From Ostrea edulis (taxonomy: Eukaryota), in assembly GCF_947568905.1 (NCBI RefSeq), contig NC_079166.1, positions 57,226,001 through 57,290,000 on the forward strand: a DNA stretch of 64,000 nucleotides, written 5' to 3'. Shown here one piece after another: positions 50,197 through 63,256 of this stretch. Both the position numbers and the translations under genes were made by a program. The notes under the pieces were generated by a model, which worked only from the letters and a program-made list of their open reading frames with translations, searched no databases and was not told where the DNA came from. How positions within the stretch are numbered: the first letter of the stretch is position 1; each line of letters starts with the position of its first letter.

Positions 50197-50892
50197 AAAA
50201 TACGAAACAACAATTCAGTTCATTGAAGTAAAATGTATTTTCAAAATAATTATCCTCAACATTTATGAAAAATAAATAAGTCTGGTATCCGAATTTCCTC
50301 CATTGAAACTGGAAGGATTCAAAATATTAGATCGTGCATGGCATTCAGAAATAGTTCTATTTCCTGCGCGTGTTTTTATGTAATTTTCCTTACTTAGACG
50401 ATACAGCAATAACCTATTGAAAAAAACGTTGGTGTCCCAATTCATACAATAAGGACAAACACAATCAATACATAACAAGTGATACCGATATTCAAACAAA
50501 GTTTGAACATGAAGAAATCAAGAGATGTGAACGTAGTCGCGACCGTAGATAGACGGTAAATACGACATTGTTATGCCGATCACCATGTATCATATATCAG
50601 TGATAATCACTATATTATTTACTCCTGTTTGAGATTTATATGATAAAGTGACTATATGTTCAATGATGCACTCCACTCTATATTTTCGATAGTACATGTA
50701 TTGCATATTGGGGTAATTTTCCCGATCAGAATGTTTAGCGGATTGTTTCCCTTAGACAAATTAGTTTAAAATTTTGGTGCTATATTTCTTGGCGGATATA
50801 CTGAGTATGCTGTTGAAATTGAATGGAGATTTTGATGCATATTTAGCCATTTCCAACAGTACCATTCTTATCTATGTTATTTTGAAATTTAC

Positions 50893-51015
50893 CTGAACCC
50901 CTCTTCTCTTCAGTAAAGCTTGGTATGCAAGGAGGTAATGTAGAGAAAGTTTTAGTGAACATCTTCGATGTGAAAACAGTTGTTTCCTTGCTTTTGGTGT
51001 TGACAGTCATTGTAC
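50893..51015 (-). CDS. EGF-like protein, probable Thr/Ser-rich exon 4
   Basis: tacattag|GT...TCA G|gtaaat; (S)TMTVNTKSKETTVFTSKMFTKTFSTLPPCIPSFTEEKRGS; phase 1-1, compatible with exon 3. Confidence 0.55.
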
Positions 51016-52490
51016 CTAATGTAAATAAAATCCAAATAAAACCGTATAAAAATCATGCGATACGTTATTTCCGTTAATTTTATATATATATATACTCAAA
51101 GCAAACATTTTAATCATTGACATGTATTTGCATTTATTCATGCGGGTCGAATCTAGACATTGTAATGACAGTGGTAGAACATTTTCGTCTTCATTTTTTT
51201 TCAATTTCAATAAATCAGCATACATATACAGAGAAGTAAATATTTACGAATATGAATATAATCATACATACAATGTTAATTTTCCTTTTATATGGAAGAG
51301 AGAGGGGATAGAAAGAACTGCACAGTTTATGTGTTTGCGTTCAATGTATTCACCACATTCATTTATTTCTTTGACCGAAGTTTTTCAGCTACATGTATGT
51401 TACTAAGCAACCCACCGCTTAGAAACCAAAATAGACTTCGATATATAGGGAAATAACTCGTCTACTATTAAACCATGTGCCACTGATGGTGTATGGGATA
51501 CATAAGGTATTCACGTGATCGATCTAAACCTCATTTGCAGGAAGTAAGATTAATAGTTAAATGGTTTGTAGTTGACCTATTATGGTTTATACGTGGTCAG
51601 TACCTCCCACGTATAAACCATATAACAAACCATGTACGAGTACATGTACATCTACCGACTGCCTTTTCTGAATGGCATAAATGTACGAGAAATAAAACTT
51701 CCTTGATTATGAGCAACCTTGTAGGATGTACTGTGCTTTGACACAATTATGAAGTCACACAAAAGTGACGTGAAAACTCCGTAGCTTACGTATTTGCCTT
51801 CAATGTTAGGCCTAGTGTCCGCATTTAAGAAATATGATATAATTATAGTAGATTTGATCACGTACCAACTTCATTTCACATCACAGTAACACTCAAAAAT
51901 GATATTTTATTTCTTATAATTATCTTTCGAATTGTTTTGCCTTCTTTCCGAGCTCCTATGCTTTTGTAGCAGATGATCGAAATATCGATCGAGTGCAACA
52001 CAAAATAGTTCGTTAGATTTTTATCGAATGGAAATAAACAACATCTAAGAGAATATAAGAATTTCAATATAAATATTTATTTAAGAAGGTTGAAAAGACG
52101 AATCAGGTGTAAAATATGGGTAATTGAGGACAAGAAAAGCGGAGTAAACTTCATCAGTGATGTGATATGGTCGCAGGTCGAGCGCTATCGCGACAGAAAT
52201 TCAAAGGATCTGAGAGAATTGACGGAGGATGAATGGATTAAGTTAACGTTTAACGTAGTCAATCTGACTCTGAGTCCCTGTCAGGCTTCGATACGTCCTC
52301 GGACTCTAATTCAGATGAGACGGGTAATGGTTAATCACCAACTCTGAAATGACTAGTAGCAATTTCGTTTTCCAAGGCCCGGAATGTGAAAGGATTCTGA
52401 TTTTTGAACAATTGACTGGACTGGCGGAAATGGTATTTTCATTTACCAAGTTCATGTATAAGATTTTTGTGTATAAGATTACAATAATTT

Positions 52491-52843
52491 ATATGGAGAA
52501 ACTAGATTTTATTTCAGTTAACGTAAGGGGGTTAAATACTCTCGAAAAAAGGCAAAAAACAAACTTTTCATGGCTAAGAGAAAGTAAGATAGATATTGTC
52601 TTGCTTCAAGAAACNNNNNNNNNNNNNNNNNNNNNNNNNNNNNNNNNNNNNNNNNNNNNNNNNNNNNNNNNNNNNNNNNNNNNNNNNNNNNNNNNNNNNN
52701 NNNNNNNNNNNNNNNNNNNNNNNNNNNNNNNNNNNNNNNNNNNNNNNNNNNNNNNNNNNNNNNNNNNNNNNNNNNNNNNNNNNNNNNNNNNNNNNNNACA
52801 CAAAACTCGAATAACATTTATTATTTCTTGACTTTTATTATTG

Positions 52844-52895
<52 letters not shown>

Positions 52896-54760
52896 CTGAA
52901 TTTGAAAGGTAAAACGTTTCACGCTTTTAGTGACTCTACATTCAGTAGAGGTGTGTCTGTATTATTTAATGGAAAATTAAATGCAAAAATTATAAATGTA
53001 AGAAAGTCTTATGATGGAAGATGAATTTTGATCAATCTTGAACTTGACGGTAATACATTTACTATTATAAATATATATGCTCCAATGATGTCAAAAAGAG
53101 ATGTGAATTTTTCAAAAAAAACTCAAAACTTTCATAGTAAGAGATTCTCTTAATTTTGTACTGTGTGGGGATTTTAATCGTCAATTGAATAACAGTACAG
53201 ACAAAAGCGTTCGTTATTTAAAAGAACTAATACGTAATTGTAATGTAGATGATATGTGGGCAAAACATTATCCAGGAATGTTAGGTTATACGTGGTGTGA
53301 CGCTAAAAACAACCCTTAAAGTCACACAGATTATGTTTTTATAAACAATTCATTTTACTATGATTTAGAAGGTATTTTAAGAAAAATTCCAGGTACTCTT
53401 TCAAACGGAAGTCGTATGATTGATCATAGATTTTGAAAATTCAGTTTTGATATAGATAAAACAAAAAGGGGTCCGGGATATTGGAAGCTTAATGTTTTAT
53501 AGCTGCAGAACTGTAGCTCTCCGAAAAAATATTGTGACGGAACAGAGAGCTACAGATCCACCCCTTATAAAAACCTTCGATTTACGGCGCACAAAAAGCT
53601 GCACACGGTTGAGACCTGATATCGTTGTATTCTTGTGTTGCTGTCTCATAAATTTAATACAAAAAAATTCTTAAAATATTTTCCTTCTATACTTGTGTCC
53701 AAACATACATGTACCTTCAAATATTCATTAAAGCCCCATACGAGTCGAAAACTCACAGCTTCAAACGATTTCGTTTGTTGACTTAGTCATGTTAGGTAGC
53801 CGGTCAATTCGAACCCTGTTGCAACTGGTATCTATTCATAAAATTCGTTATAATTAAGTTATGTATTCGCTCTTCATTTATTATCAACACGAATAATTAA
53901 TAGAAATTAAAAAATATAGTAATCCTAGAGGTAAAATAAGCTCTTGATTATTAAAAATGCTACAAAAGCCCATTATGGTCCTTAACATTCCTGTGGCAGG
54001 GATGGAGACCGGGTCAGACTTATGAAAGCCGCATTGCCGTGAGTTTAGCTATTTGAATAACTATTATTTAACGGAAATGGGATGCTATTTTAAGAAATGG
54101 ATATCATGTGGAGTTTTGTATGTGAAAGATTTATTCAATGAGGAAGATAATTTCAAATAGCTTTCAGTTTCTTTTAAGAAAATCTTATATATAAGAAGTA
54201 TTGTAAACTACATTATCAAAGAGTTTTTAAATGACGCATTGAACCTGTAGCATGGAAATATATCTATCAATGTAAAATAGTAGATATTCCTGATAAGCAG
54301 TTATCTGAATTTAACTACAAGCTTTTAAATAATATTCTCTGTAATAATGTATATCTTAGTAAATGGAAAAGAGAAACAAATAGTAATTGTAATAACTGTC
54401 ACACAAAGGAAACTTCAAAATACCTTATTTTTTAATGTGGGAATGTTGTTCATGCATGAAATATATAAGTGCTTATCTAAATGTAAATATAAAAGGGAAA
54501 CACATTATGATTGTTGTTTTTTTTCATGAACACAATATAAAGACTAAGTCATTCAATTTGTTTACATCTTATATAGCTTACAGAATATATAAATACAAAA
54601 TAAAATAACCTGCTTAATATTTTGTTTACTAGATCAGTACTATGAACATTAGATAGAATAGACGAATTTTTCAAAAAGTTTTTAATCAACAAGTCAATTG
54701 AGAATTTTCAAAATATAAGCATAAGTCATTACTGAAAATTGGACATGTTGGAAAATATTA
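52491..54760 (+). mobile_element. Degraded Tx1/L1-clade LINE with large internal deletion
   Basis: MEKLDFISVNVRGLN..., IVLLQE, SRGVSVLFN, IINIYAP, GDFN, GYTW, RGPGYWKLN; later a zinc-binding-like region; interrupted by an N gap and (AT)n. Confidence 0.75.
52615..52797. other. Assembly gap (N run)
   Basis: N run. Confidence 1.
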
Positions 54761-55024
54761 TAAAAAGTTTCATATAGTGAATATAACCGTCTTTATTCAG
54801 TACCTTTTTTCTGAATTCAAAGCGAGGCGTATCGAAATTTCTAATACAGACGCCGATCGGCTTGTTCAATAAGGTAAATACCTGTGACCAAAGAAATTTT
54901 GAATCGAACTCTGGGAAATTGAAGAATTTTTTTGGCTATAGAAAGCGTTCAGACGTTTGCGGAGAGTGTATACACAAACGTCTGAATGATCAAGACTAGC
55001 AGTTGTTTCCATCTTGATCAAAAT

Positions 55025-55305
55025 CGGTTGGTTGGTTGAATATTGTTTAACGTCCAGCTTGGGAATTTTTCATTCAAATGAAGACGTCGCCATTGCCGGC
55101 GAAGGGCTGCAAAATTTAGGCCTATGCTCAGTGCTTACGGCCTTTGAGTAGGGAAGGATCTTTATCATGTCATACCTGCTGTGACACAAGGTCTCGGTTT
55201 TTACGGTCTCATCTGAAAACCCGCCCCATTTGGATTTGATCGCCCCTTACGACAAGCAAGGGGTACTGAGGACCTACTGACGAGTTTTCTAACCCGGATC
55301 AAAGT
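55025..55305 (-). mobile_element. SINE-like interspersed repeat copy
   Basis: Same family as 22258-22545, with a (ggtt)n tail. Confidence 0.7.
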
Positions 55306-55347
55306 CGGAGTAAAAAATACATGTAATATCTTGAAGAATGTACATAC

Positions 55348-55455
55348 TTGTTGTGATTGTCCTATTAACACAGCCCTTGAATCTGTCACATATTTCCTCT
55401 TCAGAACAATTACAGATTTCCATACATCCAGCACCATATTTCGGCTCCCTACAAG
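55348..55455 (-). CDS. EGF-like protein, exon 3 (MEGF/CED-1-type EGF-like repeat)
   Basis: cttttag|CT...ACA A|gtatgt; (P)CREPKYGAGCMEICNCSEEEICDRFKGCVNRTITT; phase 1-1. Confidence 0.85.
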
Positions 55456-55550
55456 CTAAAAGATGATGGAGAGGACACAGTTTAAGATATCAGAAAATAC
55501 AGCTGTTATAATTTGATTTGAATCGATGTAAAAATAAATTTATAGCTTAC

Positions 55551-55606
55551 GATGACAAGTGTCCTCCTTTTCATTGTACTCAAATCCTCTACAACACACC
55601 AGAGGT
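55551..55606 (-). CDS. EGF-like protein, exon 2
   Basis: gttacag|A...CAT C|gtaagc; (G)PLVCCRGFEYNEKEDTCH; phase 2 to 1. Confidence 0.82.
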
Positions 55607-55847
55607 CTGTAACAATATCATTATCTCATTAATGTGTTCATAGAAAGTATGTAAATAGTAGAACCATACAAATGTTACAAATGTTTCAAATGTGGTACAT
55701 CTGTATCCCTAGCTATGAGTTAAATTCGCTTTATAAATTATCCACTTCTTTACTTTTGTGTTTGATGATCATGTCAATGCTTTAAGGTATACAGATGTAG
55801 AATTCTGAAGAAAAAAATGAATATTGATCTACTTAAATAAGACATAC

Positions 55848-55930
55848 CCTTCGCACCGGCCGTATTGTCCAGAAACGAAATGAAAATAAGTGACGATAAA
55901 TATTTGTCTCAACCTCATCATCAGGATCAT
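55848..55930 (-). CDS. EGF-like protein, coding exon 1 (signal peptide)
   Basis: MILMMRLRQIFIVTYFHFVSGQYGRCE, then GG|gtatgt; phase 2 fits exon 2. Confidence 0.75.
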
Positions 55931-56194
55931 GCTTGTAAGTGGGAATCAATGTATGGAGCTTTCCTTGTCTGCGTTTTATCATGTACATTGTATGACGGCT
56001 TATCGATGTCATCATTAACTACAATACATGTGGTTGAATTTTAGCTGGTATAACTAGTATTGTATATCCATCTACATGTACATGTATGTACATCCATTGT
56101 TTGTTTTTGTATATTACATGCACGTCCCCGTTTTCAGGACAATTATCTTAATTCAGTAACGTTACCTTAGCTTTATGTGGTTCTTTTGTTTCAT

Positions 56195-56671
56195 GTTTGT
56201 TTTACGTCCCTTCAAAATATTTCACTTATACATATCGAGGCATCACCAGCTGTATGTAAAGTGCAATGAATTTAGTAGACATGTACATTGTACTCGGGGT
56301 CGTAGCAGTGAGGGTTCTTCATTATGTCAACGCCTGTCGTGATAAAAGTAATTCAGTTTTAAGGTCTTATCTGAATGACCCATGATTGTCAACTCTAAAT
56401 GCTGAGTGTTTGGGGAAGGAGCAATCACTACCTATTTTAACGTCTTGGGTTTGACGCGGCCACGGCATGAGCGTGGCTCGGACTCACAACCTCCCGGTCA
56501 CAAGCTCGGACTCACAACCTCCCGGTCACAAGCTCGGACTCACAACCTCCCGGTCACAAGCTCGGACTCGCAACCTCCCGGTCACAAGCTCGGACTCACA
56601 ACCTCCCGGTCACAAGCTCGGACTCACAACCTCCTGGTCACGAGACGAACGCTCTCACCACCGAGTCACCG
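56195..56671 (-). mobile_element. tRNA-derived SINE with internal 28-bp tandem array (56476-56641, 6 copies)
   Basis: Minus strand begins cggtgactcggtggtgagagcgttcgtctcgtg (A-box/D-arm-like), then (gtgaccgggaggttgtgagtccgagctt) x6, then the SINE body. Confidence 0.8.
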
Positions 56672-57184
56672 TGACAGGTCCAATAAACTTCGATGTGTAA
56701 CTGTCTTTAGAACTTAAAAGGGGGTTATCAATTCAACACAATTGATGATCTCGACTTTAACATGGTACGGGTAGATTTATGCGAGGATTCCATTAAACGT
56801 GGTATTACCGATATAAATAGCTAATCTCGAGCTTGCTGCCCATAACATTAATGGAAATGGAGGAAGAAATGCGGCTTACTGTAATTTAAGAGTTATTTGC
56901 TGTACTTTTTTTTTTAAACCGGCACATTTACTCTGAAACAAGACTGTGTTGTTTACACAATATTAATAATACGATGTTTTGTCACAAAAAAACCATGGTA
57001 AATGTAGAAAGAAAATTAATCATTAATGTGAAGGTTTCAAAAATCATTGATTCAAAATAATGATATAAAATTGGAAATTGATGTATACTGCTCTGTCATA
57101 CGACTTGCGTTTATATGTGTGTTTATATGCACCAAATGACAATGCAACACATCAGTAATATTCTGTTTATGTTTGATTAGAACA

Positions 57185-57440
57185 TTAAATGCAATAACTG
57201 TAAGAAAAGCGAAAAAGGATGAAACGTGCATGATACTTCAGAAATGAATAAATCCCAAGTATAGATTTCACTTCAAAGCTCTCACCATTGTCAGATATAA
57301 TATCTAATCTGCCACTGTTGTTCAAAAAAAATATTTGATCAACAACAGCTGAGGATAGGCTACTTCTCAGTTGTTTTACGACGAGAAATATCTTTTGAAA
57401 TATTTCCATGCGTGCGATGTTGAAGGTGACGGCATGTTCA
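57185..57440 (-). pseudogene. Possible DDE integrase (rve) remnant, Maverick/Polinton-like
   Basis: EIFQKIFLVVKQLRSSLSSAVVDQIFFLNNSGRLDIISDNGESF resembles D.FS...V..LK.K.S..V......F..GR....SDNG..F. Confidence 0.3.
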
Positions 57441-58384
57441 ATGACAAATCGTTTTGTGACAGATACATACTAAAAACAGTTTTACAGTTCATAATAATGT
57501 TAACAGTATTCAACAGTGATTTTGTTTTCATTTATGCACGATTAAAGAAACACTGGAGAGTTGGAGCAGTGAGGCGGAGTTCTTGAAAACAGTAATTCGC
57601 GCATTTCTTCACGTACCGCCATTTCATTTAACCATCTCCAGATTAACTAATTAGATATGTGAAAACGCAAGCATATCACTATTTAGAGCTTTTGGAAATG
57701 GATTGGGAAATTCGTAGTTAAAGATACATTCAAATATACTCTTTTTTCATCCCCCCCCCCTCCGATTACGATTTTTGCAACCGAATACCACCGTTCCAAC
57801 CAAGGAACCGGTAAACCGATTACAAATTATCATCCCGGCCGAATTAGATTAATTAACCTTCAACTGATAAGTACATTTATTATCAAGATACACACACCAA
57901 ATTACCTGTACGGGAGGAAAGCCTAGAATATGTCTAAACTGTTATTCCATATACTGTACATAAACGAATAAACGAATAATCAAGATTCTTGTCCAACTAT
58001 ATATTTTGTATTGCTTATAGGAGTTATGAGATTGATCAATGTTCGTTATCTTCACCTTTCCTAATGAAACACATGATTTCTAGAAAAGGGTGTAAAGTGT
58101 TTTGGATTCTTTTTTATCATTTTGGTGTTTTGACATGAATGTTTGTAGCACTTGATACCTGGTATGTGTCAGAAATATGTGTATTGTTTGTTCGTTGGTT
58201 TTTTTTGTTTTTTGTGTCTTGTTTCTTCTTCCCTTCCTTGCTTGTCAAGTATCAAACTATAGATTAATTTCATTTTAATTGTTTTCTAAAATTGTTTCAT
58301 GCACTAATAAACTAGAACACAGTAGTTAGTCATACATTGAATGATAGGCTTGGAAGTGTCTAGTCATTTCTATTGCAGTTGGTC

Positions 58385-58800
58385 AGCATCCGTCGTGCGT
58401 TCACAATTGAGCAATACCTTCCAATAACTACCATTTAAATCTTTTCAAATTTTCAAACACTGCCAAATCTTCACCAAATTTCAAAACAATTCGTCTCTAC
58501 AACCTCACATTTCTTCGAAAAAATATATTGCCAAATTTGTAAATTTCATGATCTTCAGGATAGAGGTTCTGACTGCAGGGTGGGACCAAATTTGGTGGAT
58601 AGTTTTTATGTGTAAAACGTTTCAATAGCATCTTCTTTGATGATACTGATATTAAAATTAAGACTAAATAGATATTTAAAAGGAGCAGGTAACACTTTAC
58701 CAAATTGTAAATTTCATGCTCCCATGCATGGTAGAGTTTTGGTTAGCGGGACAGGCTGGGCCAAAATTATTATAATCACTATATTGTGTTTACCAGCGTC
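58385..58800 (+). mobile_element. Degenerate HINE fragment
   Basis: tccgtcgtgcgtt start and satellite-related motifs (ttcaccaaattt, aaattgtaaatttcatg). Confidence 0.4.
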
Positions 58801-60074
58801 ATATGTGAAGTTTATATTTCAACATAGTTAACAGTTTCAGGACGTTGTTCCCATCCATATCTGTAATTTCCTTATAGAAAATGTATAATTTAATTGTGTG
58901 AAAATAAAGAATAATGCATGAACTTCCTCTCCTGTTGTTTCTCCTCATTAACATTACGGACAAGTCAACTTAGCACATTTCACTATTTTAGGTACTTTGA
59001 TTATTTAGGTCAAATTAAAACCATATATACAGTCTTTCGCCCGGTTTCGGATCATGGCCAGTTCCGAATCACTTAGTAATTATTATCTAAAAATACTTAA
59101 ATAATGAAATGATTTTTTTGTACCTAGAAAGGTAAATCACGTTGAAAATGATTACTGAGGGATACAAAACTGCTGTAATTTTTAACCAACTCGGGTTTAT
59201 TACTGGACTTTTGCGAGAAGGACTGACTTTCACAATCAACGGCTGACTTGGACATTTAAACCTGCGTATGGTATGGAAGCACGATATCGTTAAATATATC
59301 TAATATCGACTTGTTGGCATTTATACAGGGAACTTCTACTGCCTCGATCTTGAGCTAGCTTTTTTTGGTGATTTCTCTTGATCACGCAAAAGCAAAGGCG
59401 AGTGTGTTCAAACCACTGCACGTTACAAAATCGTGACAGGGTAGTGACTGATGTTTGGTGGGAGAACTGCTTCAGATAGATTATCTCTGGGACTTTGTGT
59501 CCATGTGCGGACGGGGTTTCGTCCCGGGACGACGGCGGTTGTCGTCGTGAACGGCGGGTGCCTTTGCCGAAGAGGTGCCAAACAATCAGAGAAGATCCAT
59601 GCTAAGCTTCGGAACGAAGCTTCCCTGAGCGTAGGAAGTGTAGCGCACAGTATGTAAGGAATTTCTACTGCTTCGCTAGAGAGCTACATGTAGCGTTTCT
59701 AGTGATATGGTAGTATTTCTCTAAGCAACGGTGAGCGTGTTCAGATCACTGTACGTTACAATATTATTATAGTACGACTGTTAGGTTTTAAACCACATGA
59801 ACTTCTTTCATTTATCTGACAATTATTAAAAAATAAAAACAATTCATTTCATTTTTGCATACATACATACATTGTAGATGTAAAATCTTAACTCGAACAT
59901 ATACATTGATTCATGTTCAAACTTTACAAAAAGTCATCACAACATGATAAATCGGATGTACATGTAAGTTTATTATGCAGGAGGTTTGCGTTTTCTTTTA
60001 TCATAAAATGTTAAGTTGTTATATAGGTTTATTCAATCAAACACAGATACTTGTTCTGCGTATAGTCAGTTTTT

Positions 60075-60435
60075 AAATCGAGGTAAGCTACTGACAAACA
60101 GGTTGATGGTACAGAGGTTTCAACAGTCTCGACTGAAGTAAGTATTTCGCAAATTTTATGGTCGTTATAACGACCTAGTTCGTCAATACAACCTATCATT
60201 GGGTCAAATGCTGTCTGACGTGTTTCATACCGACTGTTAATTAAGCCGTTTTTGGCACACTGATTTTGACTGCGGATAACTCCGTTTACCTGATCAGGAT
60301 ATGGGGCTCACGGCGGGTGTGACCGGTCACCAGGGGATGCTTACTCCTCCTAGGCACCTGATCCCACCTCTGGTGTGTCCAGGGGTCCGTGTTTGCCCAA
60401 CTATCTATTTTGTATTGCTTGTAGGAGTTATGAGA
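60075..60435 (+). mobile_element. 3' fragment of the same Penelope-like family as 31000-31450
   Basis: RGKLLTNRLMVQRFQQSRLK.VFRKFYGRYNDLVRQYNLSLGQMLSDVF, then the shared 3' UTR; a tail fragment also occurs at ~58000-58060. Confidence 0.78.
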
Positions 60436-61362
60436 TTGATCAATGTTCGTTATCTTCACCTTGCATACAACACAGTGCGTGCTAAGCGTACCGACAATTT
60501 GGAATTACATGTGCATCTGCACTAATGCAGATCTGCAGCTCTCTTGGAAAATATTTGGTCACACCAGAGAGCTGCAGATCCACCCCTTATACAAACCTTC
60601 GATTTACGGCGCAGGTCACTGTATTCTGGCATCACAATATCGTATGTACTTAATAAATTCTTACCCGTCACATCGTCCACCTTGTCCAGAGGCATAGCAA
60701 TAGAGCATGCAAGTGACACAAATGAGTTGCAGCATTTGCAGGAATATTGAAGTCCCTGTTGTGAATGATAAGTCAAAGAATTGTGCAACATATGTTTGAT
60801 AGTGGGATAGACACTGTCACAACTCTTCGGCGCATATTTATAAAGGAAATCCTACTCAGGGCAGAAAATCTCCGCCCAATAACATATTAATAAGTTGCCT
60901 AGGAAGAACTCTTTATTAGATTTTACAAAAATATATTTATTAAAAACATGTACAAATTGTATAAAGGTAAAAATTTATATTATTGACAGGCCATCTGCTT
61001 TTTTCAAATGTAATATCGGGGAGAGGCAGGATAAACATGTATTAATTATCGTTTTTGTTTTCCTTGTACAAAAATAATTCTAGACAGATTCCCGTGAGAC
61101 AAGTTACTGGATTATCTAACACCACAAAGGATTCAGAAAAAAATATTCTTTCTATATTGTATTATTGAACGTGTCTAGTTACGTTTTTTTTTTTTTTTTT
61201 TTTTAAATCAAATCACATTCTAAACTTCAAAAGTTGCACTCATAACATATGATAAATGGACGTTTCCCTTTGCATATAAATTTTTACACAACAATGTTGT
61301 CTTATTGGGCAAAACTTCTATTAATTAACGAAAACAAAATGTGTAAAATTATATAGATATTT

Positions 61363-61800
61363 GTGAGAAGGCTGTACCATGGGGAGACAAGTAATACTTT
61401 GATTTCTTGTATTCAAAATATCCTTAATTCTTGTGGTTTATCATACATTTGGAACAAGCAAAACCCCCGATATGTTTTTATAAAACTGTTGTATATTCTT
61501 AAAGCCTTAAAGACCAATATATTCAAAAGTAAACCTAAGATACATTCAATTCTTCCAAAGGTACTTTATATACATATTATATAAAACAAAATTCGAACAT
61601 GAAAATTATTTAGTCTTCCTGGAATATCGATGGCATCTGTGTTTTGTGTTTTCCTTGTTTCTGGTTTTGAGTATACAATGAAGTATCATATCCTGCTTCA
61701 TGAGAATTTGTCGCTCATGGAAATAAATGAAATGGCTCATCAATTTTGCTTGGAAAATGAAAAAAAAAAAAACTTCCTTATATTTACATTCTCAATTAGC
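61363..61800 (+). mobile_element. Possible LINE C-terminal remnant
   Basis: CIQNILNSCGLSYIWNKQN resembles post-RT regions of non-LTR elements. Confidence 0.35.
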
Positions 61801-62199
61801 CATCAATATCATTCTACTTTAGTGAAACACTTATAAATCAAAATAGATCGAATAAAACTATCAAGATTAACGAATATTCATCAAAATGTTCGCATATAAA
61901 TATCAAGGCTATCGAATATAAATCAACATTTGTATAATATTGCAACGTTTTACACATCATACTTGAACACTGAATGCTTTTTTAAAAGGGGTTATAATGC
62001 AGTCTGTCAAATATTTCAATCGTAAAGGCTTTGGGGGGATTATGCAAATAAGAGCCTTTCAGACAGGTCCATGCATGGGCTCAGGTTACCTATATAAAAA
62101 CACGTGCATTTACATTCAAACTATCGGCAACATACACTTTTCGATACACATATCTATGCAATATCAATATGTGTTGTACAAAGCCCGACTGACCTTCCA

Positions 62200-63045
62200 T
62201 AATCTGTTTTCTAAAACCTCAGGGGAGTAACCCTGCTATGGGGAAAGGCTACTATATAGCCATTTTTGCGGAGTGGGGAGGGGGGGGGGGGGGGTCTACT
62301 ATGGGGAAAGGCTCCTATACAACACGGTCCTATATTCAAAACCCTGGTGATGTGAAATTCAATTTTGGTACATCTTTTCTGCGTTTCCTAAATATGTATT
62401 TAGTTTTTAAACCGTATCAGTAAACTTAACCCAGTCTTACAAATGATAAAGACAATAATTATTATAATATAATTTTTGCTCCAACCTTGGATCAAGAAAT
62501 TTACAATTTTGATAAAAGACCAACTACTCCTTCTAAATAAAATTAAATGTTTCGTTTCACTTTTTATTAGTATCTTTTTCGATACTCAGATCTTACAATA
62601 TTAATATTTGTTGTACAAAGCCTGACTGACTTTCCATAATCTCTTTTCTACAACTTGAGGAAGATAAACCTGCTATGGGGGAAGATCTACCATACAGTTC
62701 TTCGGGGAACAGCTATATGCCCCCCCCCCCCCTCCCTGGAGTTGGAACTTCTATCCTAGGGATTGTGAAATTTACAATATTGGTATCGGCTTCCTGCAAT
62801 ACATCATTATGTATTTAGTTTTTTTTTAACGCATGTGCAGTTGTAGAGAAGATTTTTAAAAATTGGTCAATTTCTGCTTCACCCTTAAGGCTCCAGGGGT
62901 GCTGAAGTTTTGAAAAAATGTTTATTCCCCTTGTCCCAAAGATTCTTCATACCGAATATGAAGTTTACAATGTGCAATGGTTAACACACAACGATGAATG
63001 GATGCAGACCAATTGCAGAAGGTCACCCGAGTGATTTTAAAAACA
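62200..63045 (-). mobile_element. Degenerate HINE with satellite-related units
   Basis: Motifs shared with 19490-20168 (gtgcagttgtagagaagatttttaaaaattggtcaattt); ends ggtcacccgagtga. Confidence 0.55.
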
Positions 63046-63256
63046 CCTATATTTGTGTAATAATTGAATTCCACCTTGGCCAGTTTGATTAACTTGTAAT
63101 GAAAGTTATCCTAAGTATTACATGTATTTGTATACTAGGCATATGATTTAACCGAGTTGCACAACTTTTTTTTTTTTTTTTTTTACTTAAGTGTATAATA
63201 GAATAGTTTCATATTGCATATACTTTTCAAAAACAAAAAAAACAGTATGTAATTCT

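Noticed and set aside
48700-50640. Stop-riddled hydrophobic minus-strand reading resembling a decayed 7TM receptor or a NUMT
   Set aside because: No unambiguous GPCR motifs, and TAA/TAG stops occur as well as TGA, so the mitochondrial code does not rescue it.
59490-59560. Hammerhead ribozyme candidate (GGACGAAAC on the minus strand)
   Set aside because: No CTGANGA core at the required position.
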